NCBI GenBank assembly: GCA_030141605.1
Contig: JAQGDQ010000209.1
Span: 124,001 to 188,000 of the forward strand
Length of the DNA: 64,000 bases
Direction: 5' to 3'
From: Tubiluchus corallicola
Lineage: Eukaryota; Animalia; Priapulida
How positions within the stretch are numbered: position 1 is the stretch's first letter; each line of letters begins with the position of its first letter. Position numbers and translations under genes: made by a program. Shown here piece by piece: positions 29,501 to 43,748 of the stretch. The notes under the pieces were generated by a model. The model did not search any database. It saw only the letters and a list, made by a program, of their open reading frames with translations, and had not been told where the DNA came from.

Positions 29501-30984
29501 GTTATTTCTTAGAGTATTTTTATTGACAAACAAAAATTAACTATTCTAGTTTATTAATCGAATTTGTAATAAGCTTACTTCAAGCTATGAAACTGTTGCT
29601 AAAATATATCACAACTAAAAATGTTAAAGGCGGGTAAGGGAGACTTAGAGGACGATCCATACTTTCATTAGCCTGGGGCTTCTAAACTATGATTGCGAAG
29701 GACCCGCTGCTAAATGCTGGATCCGTTTTTAAAAAGTGTCAAACTCTGCAGAAAATCATGCATGAAATCCAAATACACACCATACTTTGTAGTAAATCGT
29801 CCCAAGCCAAAAATTACATCTGGCGTGGGTTGAATTTTGTTTCATTGTATCCAGATTCTCAATGCTATGGCGTCACACACGAACGTGGCTTCATAAATTA
29901 TTATGCGGCTACGTTTTGTTAAACAGTTGAATTCTGCGCCGTACAGATGACATTTCTCATCTCAGGGGCACCATTTAAATAATGAAATCCGCTTCGCTAA
30001 AACATGAATTCTAATCGGCTCGAAATAATTTATAACACGAGCGCTTGAGCGCGGTGTTAGCAATTTATTCGGGGTTGTTACACGTTACATGGAAAAACGT
30101 GGCTTCACAAAAACTTCAGCTTCACCTTGGTGTGATATTTTTGACCCTAACTAAAGCCATTAGCGGTTTGGTGTATATTGATTGTCGTTTGAAAACATTA
30201 CACGTTCTAAATAATGGCAACGATGATTTATAGTGTTGTGCCCGCTAGAATTTAACTAGCTTCATGTAGTTGACCGAAAAGCTGTTTTTGATTCACACGG
30301 CTCTCAGACAAACATTTAGAGTCGTAAACAAAATTCAACAGTTAACGGATAATTCAAAACTTCTTGTAGTCACTAAAAAGCCTCACACTATATATATATA
30401 GTGGCATATATGTGTTTACATACAGACATACGTATACAATTTTAACTTATTTTAACTCATAAAAGGCTCAACTAAGTTTTAGTTGACGTCACGCACTTCT
30501 TAAATAATGGAAATAATGTTTCATGTTTTACCCACTTGAATTTAACTAGCGAACATTAATTTTTGCTATAGGAGAAATGCCGCAAGTTTGATATCGTTTT
30601 TGAAACATCATCTTTAAAACTGGTTCGACAACTATCAAAAATGTAATAAACCTTTATTATCATATTGACTATTTATCAGACTGAAAGTGTAGGCAGTAGC
30701 GTTTTATTGCATTTACAAGCTACTGACATTGCATGCAATACTGTACGTATTGTGAAAAGATTTATCAGTGCACAGTGTATTGTCAATTTACTTTAAATAA
30801 ATAAGTAAAAATTATTATTTTACAAATGCTATTTTACATATTTTGCAGCGATAAATTGTTTTTCGTGTGTTTCAAAACTAACTTTTAAATGCAATCAACA
30901 GTCTTACATACAAATATTTGGGTTTCTTTTTTCTTCCTAAGAAAAGACAATTTGAAAGTTCGACCCCAAAAAACTTTTCACATG

Positions 30985-31206
30985 AAGTTATATTACCTAG
31001 CAATACGCTTACCTGTTTGAAAGACTTATGTAACTAGAAAAGAAAGTTCTTAGCAATTTAAAATGTTCATGCCAACTCGTAAATGTCACTGACTCACTTT
31101 CCCAGTGTGCACCACTGACTCACCAAAAAACTTATTTTTAATTTTATTAACAAAATACAGTAATTTACGCTTTTCTTATTTAGCGAAGTATGCGTTACGA
31201 ATGCTG
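30985..31206. mobile_element. Dispersed repeat family B copy 2 (~220 bp, probable DNA-transposon end)
   Basis: Collinear with 34678-34905 (aagttatattac.tagca.tacgcttacct.tttgaaagacttatgtaa...ccagtg.gc.ccactg.ctcaccaaaa...tagcg.ag...tacgaatg). Confidence 0.85.
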
Positions 31207-32229
31207 TGATTATTTTTTCAAGCTTTACTCAATGTTATCTATGTTTCAAACAATCTATTGTCAAAATGGCTACGCCCTGTTATAACGGTCGTCGCGAGAG
31301 TTTAAATTTTCAAGTTTTATACAACGTTGCTACCAATGCAAGCTCTGTGCGCAATAAGGCAGCATGTTGGGTGATACAAAATTTCAAGACGAATTTCTTT
31401 CTTGTGGTTTAAAGAAGAAAGATTTCACTTTTAAAAACGTTTATTATTAGAAAAAATGCGGCTAGCTAAAGTAAATTTGGCATTGAAGGTGCGAACCTGA
31501 ACTATACGATTCTGGTCAACTGAGCTAGCCAGCCAATAAACGTGTTCACGTGTTGTTCCGATTTGAAACCTGAAGGCATTACATGTCCCGAACCATTACA
31601 AAACTTATATCGCAGAATTCATTATACTGTAATACAGTTCTAAAAACTATAGCGCAATTTTTGCCCAGCGAGCACGACCTATTCGAGCGTCAAATAATTC
31701 AGACCTGAATAAATATAGTTACTATAAAATTAGATAATATCATTAAGTGGCACAGTCTATCATGCCTCTGTTATCACCATATTGTGAATTATTACACACT
31801 GTTATACTGTTACGTGTACATGTCAACTGTCAAGCTACACAAAGATATAAACTTATAATTAAAAAAAGTAGAAAGTGTCTTTGTCTTGCGCATATGTCGA
31901 GAACACGTTTTACGGACAACTGGAACAGCTGGAAAACTGTCGAGTCTGATCTGCCCAACGTTTACGGCTCCACCCTGAACAGCTGTTACTGCAAGTGTGA
32001 CAAGAGAAAATAACAGGTAAATTACTTGAAAATGCACTTTGCATGCATTTGAAAACTCATTGAAAAGTTAGCATATTTCTACCCTCATAGCCGAAAAAGG
32101 TTGTTAAATGTGAACCATTCCTGATTGTTCAAAATACGCTGGTGATATTGGTTGGATTAGTGTATCAAATTTTCAAACTGACACAGTAAAAAGGGATTTT
32201 CCAAAAAAAAACTAGAGAAAAGAAATCTT

Positions 32230-32841
32230 CAAGTAAACCAGTCAAAAACAGAAAAAAATATTATTACAAGAGATGGTAATCAGACGTGGAATATAATATA
32301 GAAGGGCACTCTTCTAAACACCAAAGACGATATTAAGAACAGAAAACAGCAAACTATGTATGTTTTTCTTCAATGCAAGAATGTATTAACTAGCAAGAAA
32401 TTAAGTTTTCGGTTATTTAATGCTTACGTTACCATCATATTTAAATACAGCAGTGAAACATTGGGTTTACCGATTGCAAAAGGAAAACACATTAACATGT
32501 TTCATAGAAGTCTCTAAAGGAAAGTTTTAAAGATGAGATGGCTGTATATAAAAAAAATTCCTCGGAGTTCAAAAGCTAAGCTCCGAAGATTAAGATGGCT
32601 AGGACACATTCTAAGATTACCAAAGAAAACACCAGTAAGAATCGCCTTAAAGAAGCCTTAAAACGTTCCAAAAAACCGCTTTAAGATGAATAATTTAAGA
32701 TGTTCAATAACTTCAACCAAATTTAGCTTCAGCAGTAGAAGAACTTACGCTATTAGTTGCAGATGGGAGTGGATGGAATACTCTAATAAACGTTAATGCC
32801 TCAATGTCTACAATAGGTGGTATGAGACTTTGAAGAAGAAC
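32230..32841 (+). mobile_element. 5'-truncated RTE-clade LINE remnant
   Basis: Broken frames read LFNAYVTIIFKYSSET, INMFHRSL, RRLRWLGHILRLPKKTPVRIAL (typical RTE ORF C-terminus); 3' end matches 61312-61448 and ends in GAAGAAGAA. Confidence 0.85.
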
Positions 32842-33096
32842 GTAGCAGAAAGTACAGACAAACAAGCAGAATAAAAATTCTGATAGTAATTAATGTATAG
32901 TAATATATGTATATTATAAATCCCAAGCAAATGGTACAACATTCTACTGAAAGAAAGACCTGATGGTCATCCTGTAGAATATGCCTTGTGTTGATCATTA
33001 TAATCTTAATGATAAGATTATTAATAATGAGGCTGCAAACCCCAATCAAATAAAATTTAATTTAATAAAACTTGAAATACAGACAAAGCGAAAAAG

Positions 33097-33175
33097 TGGG
33101 AATCCAACCTGGATTTGAACCAAAGACGTTCCGCTTACATCACAAATACCTAGACCACTAGGCCACCGCACTCCC
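33097..33175 (-). pseudogene. tRNA-like sequence (tRNA pseudogene or isolated SINE head)
   Basis: Minus strand GGGAGTGCGG-TGGCCTAGTGGTCTAGGT-ATTTGTGATGTAAGCGGA-ACGTC-TTTGGTTCAAATCCAGG-TTGGATTCCCA followed by CTTTTT; A box and B box intact; folds as a G:U-rich cloverleaf with a non-canonical anticodon loop. Confidence 0.7.
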
Positions 33176-33454
33176 AGTGGTCAAGACAGTCCAAAGTTCA
33201 TCAGTCACAGCTGGTTAATAACTTTGACATTTCCAATGTTAGATCATTCAAGTTAGGCTGGGCGCGTTGTATTGTGAGTGAAAACTAACCATTTGACATG
33301 CATTTCAGTATTTAAAAGTTATATATACTCCTAATAAATACGCATGCAATATATTTATTAGAATAACAGTATAAATGCTGCACTAATTTTTGAAATATGG
33401 TCTGGGACGAGTGTTTTCAACTAGGGGGCATACTACTCACTTAATGAGCGTATT

Positions 33455-33825
33455 CGGGACAAAACCACAGGAAAAAGTCATAACTTTGAACAAAAAACGT
33501 CACAATTAATTTATGGTGGCCAGAAAAAGTCAGGTAATGAAACTAAATTATTCAAGTCAGTCAGAATTTATTCAAGTAGCCTACGTAAGCAATTAAAGTA
33601 ATAAAACAGAAAATATTTTAAATCAGTTATTAATTGGCAATACATGACTTGTCCATACATATTGACAACTCTGTTTGTAAATGATGGCATTACATGTATG
33701 TGAAAAAAGTCACGTTTTGTTCAATGTACCTTAGGGTTAGGGTTATTTCTCTTTTCCTGTGACATTTTTCCTGGCTTTTTTCCTGTGACTTTTTCCTTAA
33801 ATTCTTTTACCTGTGACTTTATCAC
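33455..33825. mobile_element. Non-autonomous element with multiple AAAAAGTCAC / GTGACTTTTT subterminal inverted motifs and a TTAGGG doublet (Helentron/HINE-like)
   Basis: Left: cacaggaaaaagtcat, gaaaaagtcagg, aaaaaagtcac; right: ttagggttagggtta, cctgtgacattttt, cctgtgactttttcc, cctgtgacttt. Confidence 0.6.
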
Positions 33826-34677
33826 ATTTATTCATTAGAAACACGTATAGGAAACCTTTCAAACTGAAGCAATGATTAGGGTGTTGATTTAATAATTAAA
33901 AGCTAATTGTGCTGACTCTGCGGCCTTTCACTCCACAATTTATGTCCCTGAGGAGCAGGCAAAATGGAGACAAGAGCATTAACCTTAAGTAAATGTACAA
34001 ATAGGTAACAAGTAATAAACCGAGTCCCGTAAGAGTGGCAAGTTGAATGGATTTTAAATTTGACCGCATCTTACTGTATAGCTGTGAATTATTTATGAAG
34101 GAGAGTCATATAATACACTTGCCTCAGTCGCTCGAATAAGAAATCGAAGATGCTGGTATGGTATCACGTTTTAAGTGGCATCAAAAGATACGCTTTGATG
34201 ACGAAGTTTGAAAGGCTGTAAACGTTGATGGTAAACACAGGACACTGTGGTGAAAAAAGACTAGAAAAGAGTTAAAGTAAGTAAACAGGAATGCCAACAG
34301 ATTTTTGTTGCTTTTGTTAACCCTGGAAACTTGCAAGGCAGTTAAAAATCTACATGAAATTAAAACTTACTTTTTAACAGATTGCCCTAAACAAGGCCTG
34401 TGGCGGTTTAAGGTACATCAAGAAATGGGCACCCCATTTCATCAACTCACCTTACTTAGAGACATGTAAACATAACTCAGCTATTTCAGTTGACTAAATT
34501 AATTGGCTTCCTGTAGTTAAGCAATGGGCGAATGCTCATATTCTTTTAATACGTCTACATTAAAATTTGACCAAAGAAATGTGGTCACGAGTGTTGATGA
34601 ATTAATAATAATCGTTATTATTAGACAAGGGATTTTTAGAGGGGGAGAAAGGGAAATTTTACTTCCCAATAATGTAC

Positions 34678-34905
34678 AAAGTTATATTACTTAGCATTAC
34701 GCTTACCTATTTGAAAGACTTATGTAATTCCGAAAGAAAAAATTTAATTCTTAATCATTTAAAATGTTCGATGCAACTGGCAAAACGTCACTGACACACC
34801 AACCCAGTGCGCCCCACTGGCTCACCAAAATACATTATTGACCTTACAAATAAAATAAAGTAATTTGTACTTTTGATTAATTAGCGTAGGATGTGCTACG
34901 AATGA
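34678..34905. mobile_element. Dispersed repeat family B copy 3
   Basis: Collinear match to 30985-31206, same orientation. Confidence 0.85.
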
Positions 34906-35934
34906 TAATGTATAATGCATATAACATTCATAATAGTATTATCATTGATAATAACGTTGACATTGAGGTTATAATAACGAAATGAGATCATTTTAATGAT
35001 ATGCACTTGCTAACTGTACAGTAGACAGTAAGTGGCGCGAAACAAGAAACGTTTGTTCATGGAATTTTGACAAAGCCAAAGTTATTCTATATTGAGCATT
35101 AACATATACGGGAACACCTGGAATGATGGGAGATAACCCCTTCTTGTGCTGAAAGAGTGTTGCCTTATGTCCAAGGTAGGCACAGCTGTTTGATGCAGGT
35201 GCTTCGAAGCTGTTGCTGCTGATTGTCATTCATAATGATGAGTACACTTGCAGCAGTCAGCGCCAACAAAGCAAATTAATAACTACAGTTTTTAGCATAG
35301 GTAATGAAGAAGCCTATATCGTATTGATAAAAACTGATTCACTCGCTCGTCCTTTTATCTAGTCCTTCCTTCTTTTTTCTTTCCATCCATCCTTCCTTCC
35401 TTCATTCATTTGTTTATTCACGTACTCATTATTCATTCATTCATGTATGCATTTCTAGAATTAATCAATCTAATCTAACACTCACTTTTCACATATGAAA
35501 CTTACAACAAGAGTTAAAACGCTGGAAAGTCTTCATAAATAAAAAATGCCAATAAAAAATGGGATACCAAGTAAAGCCAATAACATGAGATGTCCTTGAG
35601 CAAAGTGCAGCTTGGGGTCATTACTTTACTAACTGCCCTCTATTGTATTTTAATACAGCCATTATAATACCTGTGCTGTATTAACTAGCAACGACTGGTC
35701 AAACAATTATCTGCACATCTGCTTATAAAGTAAATAACTGTTACTACACATTAACAGCGTTTAACAATGAATACAATGTGTCTTGCACACACTGTCTGAA
35801 TCGTCTTTATACAAGTTGCATGTAGAGGTGTAATTAGTACAAATAAGGCCACACCGTTACATTTTAATTATGCAAACAATGGCTATAAAAATTACAAACA
35901 AAAAGGAAAAGCAGAAGGAATGCAGGAAGGTTAA

Positions 35935-36422
<488 letters not shown>

Positions 36423-38955
36423 AGCATTTTGAGCGTCAGTTCCAGAAAATGTTAATCCATTTCTCTCTCCCTAATATATTCAAGCTTTTGATTTATCCCC
36501 TTTTCACGTTTCTTTCTTGACTACACTATATACTTTTATGTCAGACCATGATTCCAGTAAATATGCTTTCCAACCAGCAAATTGATACTTGAAGCGTTTG
36601 TGAGTCACAAACTACTTACTGTCGTCTGTAAAAAGCAATGAAAGGCATTAGCTGTTATTGCCAAAATGTTGTCACAGCGCCGAAATAAAGCCACCAAGAC
36701 TTGTCTTGATTACTAAGACGAAAAAACACTAATGGGCTGTAATGAAACTCAATTATATTTCCAGCGTTTATTTCTCTCGTGTGTAGCAAATAAATAAACC
36801 ATTGCGTAAGTCTAGACATCTGAACGCAGTTTTTACGCGCGAGATAGCGCTTGCACGCACATGCGAGAAAATATTGAAATTTCCTATATATGTTCAAATA
36901 TAAACTGTGCACACAAGCACATATCCTTGAATGAAATTATTAAATCGACTTTGCGATGAATCGCTAGACTTTTTGTAGCAGTCAGGTACATATAACGTGA
37001 AAGGTTTTCTGGAATAAGTAACAACTCATTACTAAAACGTCAACTCATTTTTAGCGTTCCTCCCTACGTTTGCAGTTATGCTGAAGGATAGCGACTGTCA
37101 CCGGGCAAGGAGGTAGCTCAGCGCGATTGTATTTTGTCAGGAGAGCGATATTACTGGAGATTGGCGCGGTGCTGGGTGTCAGAACTTTTAAGGAAATAAA
37201 ATGTGTTAAAATACCTCCTGGCCCTGTGTATAAGTTTCTGACAAAGAACATATGCTAGCTCTATCATATAGCCAACAGGGCGTAATAGTACTAAAGGTCA
37301 TGCATGCGAGTGATATGTAATAGTATATGATAGTTGCCTAGGTTCCAGGGAACTTTTGGCTGTAACGTAAGCAATACAAGGACAAAAGATTATTCAAGAC
37401 TGTTCCATAATAAAGGTACCTGATAGAGTTTTGTGTAGCCTAGAAAAAAGAATGCTGTCAGGCGACAAAGAGAAATTAAGTTGAATATGAACATCCACGT
37501 AAGTTCATCATATCCTTGTAATTTGAATAATAATATGCAAAACCAGTAAAACAAGAATCTCTCGGGAAAGTGTGCGCTAGAAAAAGATCTTTGCAACTCA
37601 CGAAAACATTTTCATGCCATAAACAGAGATTAATCACTCGCGTCCAACCTACCCGTGAGACACACTATGACTTCACGCGTTTCATGTTGTAAAATTTTAA
37701 AATTGTTATGCGCACTACGTACTGTACTAAGGTGGTATATATATGGCGTACCCTATGTAGACGCGTTCAACTGAGAATGAAGTTTAGTGCCATCTGCGAC
37801 TAGACTGAGTCATCTACGCATCATATTGATATTGTCATTTTGTTGATAACAGAAGAACAGTTGATAACACCGTAGTGCAGAAATAAGACTATTACTACCG
37901 ACGTTTGTGACTGGCGACTGTGTTGGCCATAAATCAACTGCATTTTAACACCATAACTTCGGTGTTTTGTTTATTTCTGTTTGATAGGAGTAATGTTTAG
38001 TAAAATAGCACCTATTTGCTAAAGTATTCTGCAGGATATGGCCAGACGACTGCTCCCATTTAATTACATTTTTATTATATGCACTTTGTCAAGTACTTAT
38101 GAGCTTCTTCGGTTGTACTTATATGCTTCTATGGCGAAGTCTTACTTATATTGCTCATGCTGGAATAAGTGCATTAAACTGCATTTTATACGACATACAT
38201 CGGAGTGATCAGTAATCGTTGATTTTATATATTCCCATGAAATGTAGCGATTGCTTACTCAAATCAGACCAATAAACAATTTCATAATCGTTTTCTACCG
38301 TAGTATTTAATGCTTGATAGCTAAAGAATAGCGATGGTAATACTAACTCTTACCATCGGCATTACTCATAATGGCTTGCATCGGATACCCTTAATTGCTG
38401 TACTCGCTACATACAATGCATTACGTTTTAATGAATGATCGGTTTCATGCAATAGAGTATAGCTGTACTCATTACCCAGCAAAGCTGCGACGAAGTAAAA
38501 TAATCTCCTAGATATCACGTTCCGCCAGAGCTCTTCTGAACCTGTAGCCTCTCTAGAGTGCCAAGTTACGCGATTCATAACCGCCTACTTACCGTCCTCA
38601 AAAGGGAAACCGGTGTTCAAATCTGCACGGCTTCTCCACCGCTGAATGGAGGGAATTCATTAACAATGCATGCTGCGATGAGCGACGTCTTTTTCTATGC
38701 AGAAAATAGGGTTGTTTGCGAGAAAATAGATTTCCTTGCTGGCAGTAATAACTCCGGATGGTATATAAAGAACTTAGGGCGTTATCGTTAATAATTCATA
38801 GACCATATTGCGAACTTTATAATAACTGAAGCTTAAGTTCAGTTGAATGCACACGTTCTATGCATGTAATGTTTTAATGTGATCGAGTGAGAAAATATTT
38901 ATTAAAGCGACATCCATCATACATTACATTCATTTTACAGTTCTATGTATGACTT

Positions 38956-39004
38956 TATATATATGTGTGTGTGTGTGTGTATGCGTGCGCGCGTGCGTGC
39001 GTGC

Positions 39005-39042
<38 letters not shown>
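38956..39042. repeat. Compound (TA)/(TG)/(GCGT) microsatellite, alternating purine-pyrimidine
   Basis: tatatatatgtgtgtgtgtgtgtgtatgcgtgcgcgcgtgcgtgcgtgcgtgtatatata... Confidence 0.95.
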
Positions 39043-39045
<3 letters not shown>

Positions 39046-39816
39046 ATATACAAATAGCGTGCTAAATAACATAATGTATAACGTAGTTTTGCAATTATTA
39101 CATCCGCTGTAGACACAGTTTTACTTAATAATGCATTCGAAAATAAATAATGCAAAATTTTGACTCAACTGAGAAAAAAGGTAAAAATAACAAAAACAGC
39201 CATGTTAGGAACTTTCAAACTCTTTTAACACTTCATGAATTTTGCAGCAAACCGATACTTCACATTTATTTATAGACAAAAAGAAAAGTTTTCTTCAATA
39301 CTGACCACTCACTAAAGATTTATTATTATAAATTTACAAGTATTCTTAAATCTTAATAAAAGGTATTAAATTTAAATCCACTCCCGACAAACAAAAAGCG
39401 TAACAAACAGGCGAACAATTCTTAATTTAACGCACTCTGTACGACTGTGAATGGTTTTTTCATGCTGTATTGTCGACATTTAAAACATTTCATTGCTTTA
39501 ATTTGATTTTTGGACGGTGTTTGTCGTGAGTTACATATTAATCTGTACAAAACTGAGTAGCCATCAAACTTCTCAAGATACTCAACCTCGAATTCACCTA
39601 GAACACAAAGTTATGCGCATCAATTATTAACTATTAATATTAAAAATCGTAAATTACAAAAATATGTATATAATTTTAACGAACCATAGTGCAGAGTTCC
39701 AAGCAAAAGCAGGTATCCTATCGCGTTAGTCATTTCCAATGGTAGTGAATTTCTAACATCCACGTGTAACTTACAACGAAATAATGAGGAGAATCCAGCA
39801 CGCTTAGTTCTCTTAC

Positions 39817-39929
39817 GGAAGAAGAGCAACCACTGAATGGTATCCAGCAGTAGCTGCAGCAGCAGAGCATCTTCTTTGAGTTGCCAAAGCTGCGCTGGCA
39901 CTCAATAGACCCTTCGAGTTCAAGAGCGG
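39817..39929 (-). other. Candidate isolated 113-nt exon of an unidentified transcript
   Basis: Strong acceptor cgttttattttctatag|CCGCTC, donor TTCTTCC|gtaaga, locally GC-rich, two frames open; no recognisable protein. Confidence 0.3.
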
Positions 39930-42234
39930 CTATAGAAAATAAAACGAGGCATAGCAGTTACTATCCCTTCTTTTATCGTAACGACTTTGGGAAAGAAATT
40001 TAAACTGCTGTAAATACCAGAAAAATGAGATTGAAGTATAATGTATAATTTTTTGTCGATAAAAAATGCTGCACGTTTCTAGTTTGTTGACTAAAACCCA
40101 ACAACGTGGACAATGATAAAGAAACATTAGAATTGACACAACAACGGACGGAATGACCGCTGTGTGGACTATTAAACTAAACGGAAGCCAATACTGACAA
40201 CTTGCTCATTACAATACATTTTTTTTTAATGTAGAATAACTCGTTTTTTAAACTCTCGTAAATCTACTTCCTTTTTCAACCCCAACTAATTTATGAGACC
40301 TCTGCCAAAAGGGAATTTATAATGGAGGCAGTACACCACTTGGAAATTTTTATAAAGTAACTGAAGTTAAGTAGCCATTCTGTCCCACCAGGGGTTAATT
40401 TTTCAACAATTTTTATTTTGTTGTTTCTGTCGCGAGTCTGCATAATTATCCAATTTTATGGAGCCGAGAATGCTAAAGATGCCAACTGTGTAAGTCTCAA
40501 ATGTTAGTTTTACTTTGCCTTTTGCAAATAAAAACAATGAATGGCAACAGAACTTAAACTAAATGAAAAGAATTTGGATCTAGAATCTAGTGTCTTTTCT
40601 AGCAAGCACTAGGCATACCATTTTGGGAATGAAAAAGGTAAATTGGGAGTTATAATTTTGTGTTTTCTCTCTTTCACCCGACAACTACAGGAATTGAAAT
40701 TGGAATGATTATTAAGATGTATTTACTCATGTACGAATTAAATGTATTTACTCATTAAAAATCAGACAAACAGACAAACTCATCTAAAAGCTGTAATACT
40801 TTGGTGCTGAACCTATGGAGTGAATGCAGATACCAATCGAAAATTCAATCAGCACAGGCTGAATTTTTTATGTGTCAAACCAGCACTTCATTATAACTTC
40901 TTCGTAGACATTTTATTGTGTTTACCTACACTATGTTTTTAATATTACTTTTAAAATTCTGAGGTTTTATTGTATATAATGCAAATGTTCTCTTATGATT
41001 GTACATGCTTATCTAGTATTGTGTTTTATTAATTTTTTGTATAATGCTGTCTTTTATTTTGTGCGTTTTGTCTGCTGTTTTATATAGAAGAAATTCCGAA
41101 ATAAAGGCTTTAATTCAAATTCAAATTCAATTAATAAAACTTGCACCTTTTGAAACCCTGAATTTCGTTCAGCGTTTTCTTGCCTGCCGAAGTGCGGGCA
41201 TTGCCTATGCATTAATATTGCAGGCGCACAAAGCTACGTTTAATTTAATTTTATTTAATAGCCCAAAATGTTGCTATTAAAATAGTAAGAACCGGCTGAT
41301 TAGAAAGCACTGAAAAGTTAGATAACGACTGAAACGATGCAAATTTAATTATGTATTTAATGCGTCTTTTATTATTAGCTTGGAGATCAGACAAGTTCCG
41401 AATGTATATTGGCTGGTCGCTTTCTGGCAGTCACAATAATTTATATCGTAATACATTTTGTAACGCCTTTTCAGGCAACGTAATGTAAGGCAAAATGTAA
41501 AATTTAAATACGACTAGTCGGCGTTTTCCACTGAGTCAAAAATTGTGGTAGGATTCTGCTTCTTTGACAGGAGATGCTTTGAAGAGACACTTTTTGCTTG
41601 TTATTTACGATTATGTACATAAATACTGTTGTACATGACATTCATAGGTCAATGATATCTGAACTTATCACTTTTTCTCTCATGATTCGCAGGCCAGTGC
41701 TCTGAAGGTTATATTATTGTCTCCAGTGAATTTGCCAAGCTTGATTAGCTAGTGAAATTAAGTGAACTTTCACCATTCAACTCGTCTGTGACCTTTCTTT
41801 TGATGTACTACAACGTACTATGCTCGAAGCAAAAAAGCATTTATCTAGCACATGATCGCCCATCCCTAGGTTTGCCCCCTCCCAAAAGGTATTCCCACAC
41901 TCAAATGACCCATATTCAGCCATGTACAGGATCTAACCACATATCAAATTGTATCCCAAGCTCAAAAACGGTAGTAGGATAACTAGCATAAAAAAGCATG
42001 AATCACTGTCTATTCCTCGATCTTTGACTTAGGAGTGGTGGGTTAGGCGTAAGCATAAATCCCCCTACCCAGCGAATGTGCCTTGTGTCCTTTCAAATCC
42101 CTAGCCATGTGCATTACGAGTTACTAAAGGGGAAAATTAATAACGCACGAGAAAAAAATAAAAAACAAACGATAAAAACTTAATTATTTAATTCTTTAGC
42201 CCATCAATATACGGAATCGTTTCTAATTAGCATG

Positions 42235-42530
42235 CTTAGTCACTCTTTGTATCCATTAATAATGTAACCAACTAGAATAGCAAGTTACTAAACATCACTA
42301 ATTGATAATATTTTCACCAACAGGCATTTTAGCTGACAATCTAATCTCGTATTTTATACAATAACTTAACTAATCATTTTCTTTGTGTTTTCGAAAACAA
42401 ATCAGAAAATTTCTCGCAATAATCATCCTGTAGTCTCATATTTCAGAAAATGTACTGACCAGGCTATCCAAGAATTCAATACTAAGTTAGTGTTACATGA
42501 ATGGCCTCAAGTCTTCCACTATCAACAACC
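42235..42530 (+). mobile_element. CR1/L2-type LINE endonuclease remnant
   Basis: Translates to PTRIASY*TSLIDNIFTN followed by a decayed 'L(T/S)DHF'-like segment (ttaactaatcatttt), the C-terminal motifs of the APE-type endonuclease of CR1/L2/Crack elements. Confidence 0.7.
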
Positions 42531-43190
42531 CAGTTTCCACTGTGTAAGTGCATTGTATTGTCCATTTTAGCGGACCAGTAACTGCTGTAAGTGTAGTTAA
42601 AATATCGTTCCGCAAATAGTTCTGTTTTTTACTATTTTATGACTATGAAACATATTTATATACGTTGTTTTTGGTATTGGGTTATTCTAGCTACTATGTG
42701 AATACATAGTACATACATTAGAACTAGGAGTGGAATTGTGTCTGTAATAAATGTGCTGCGTATGGGACACTAGTGTTGTCCGTAAAGGAAGCTGCATAAC
42801 TCGTGTGAATTAAATGAGTGAAACTGAATCGCTTGACGCTATTATATGTTAAATTCGGCAGCTTCTCTGACCACATTTGCATTGAATGCTCCTTTATAAC
42901 TTTATAGTTTATAAATGATAATAATGTATTTAGGCACGTGGTAAACTTCTAATGCATGACGTAGCACAATAAATGACAGTTTTTCAGTGATGACGATCTA
43001 TTTTAGTAGGACCAATTTTTTACATAAACCTGTTACAACCCGTCACAAATTTACAGACCTATCTTAATATGAGGCTAGCCTATTCTTTACTTGCGAGTTG
43101 CTAAGCAATACTTTAAGCGGCAGTAGTTGACTAAGAATTGTCTCATGCTAGAGCAGAGAGCTCAGTCATACCTAACTGACGCACTAAAAC

Positions 43191-43450
<260 letters not shown>

Positions 43451-43748
43451 GACTATTATTAGCACACTTTTACCCTAAATAACACGCATCAGGCGTTGGT
43501 GTTGAGATCGTCCCGCAGGGCGACTGAATTTTACACGGTTATTAACATTGTCTATTCTAAGCCAAAATGGACAATTTCACATTTGAGTGAAGCTCGAAGG
43601 CTAGCGGGTAATTTTTCTGTCACGGTGTTGTGGTAACTGGTATTGTTTATGTTAACGTACCTCATAATGCAGGTCGAAGATTCGTTTTTTTATTATACCG
43701 CAACAAAATTGGAGAAACGTGATTCAAAAGCATAGAAAACTGTGTAAG

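Noticed and set aside
30985-31206. Repeat family B as spliced-leader RNA genes
   Set aside because: No recognisable SL exon or Sm site after the donor-like motif; copies are diverged and dispersed and look like a DNA-transposon end
31470-31535. Possible tRNA/SINE head on the minus strand (TAGCTCAGTTG ... GGTTCGCACC)
   Set aside because: Box spacing too short and no cloverleaf; too decayed to call
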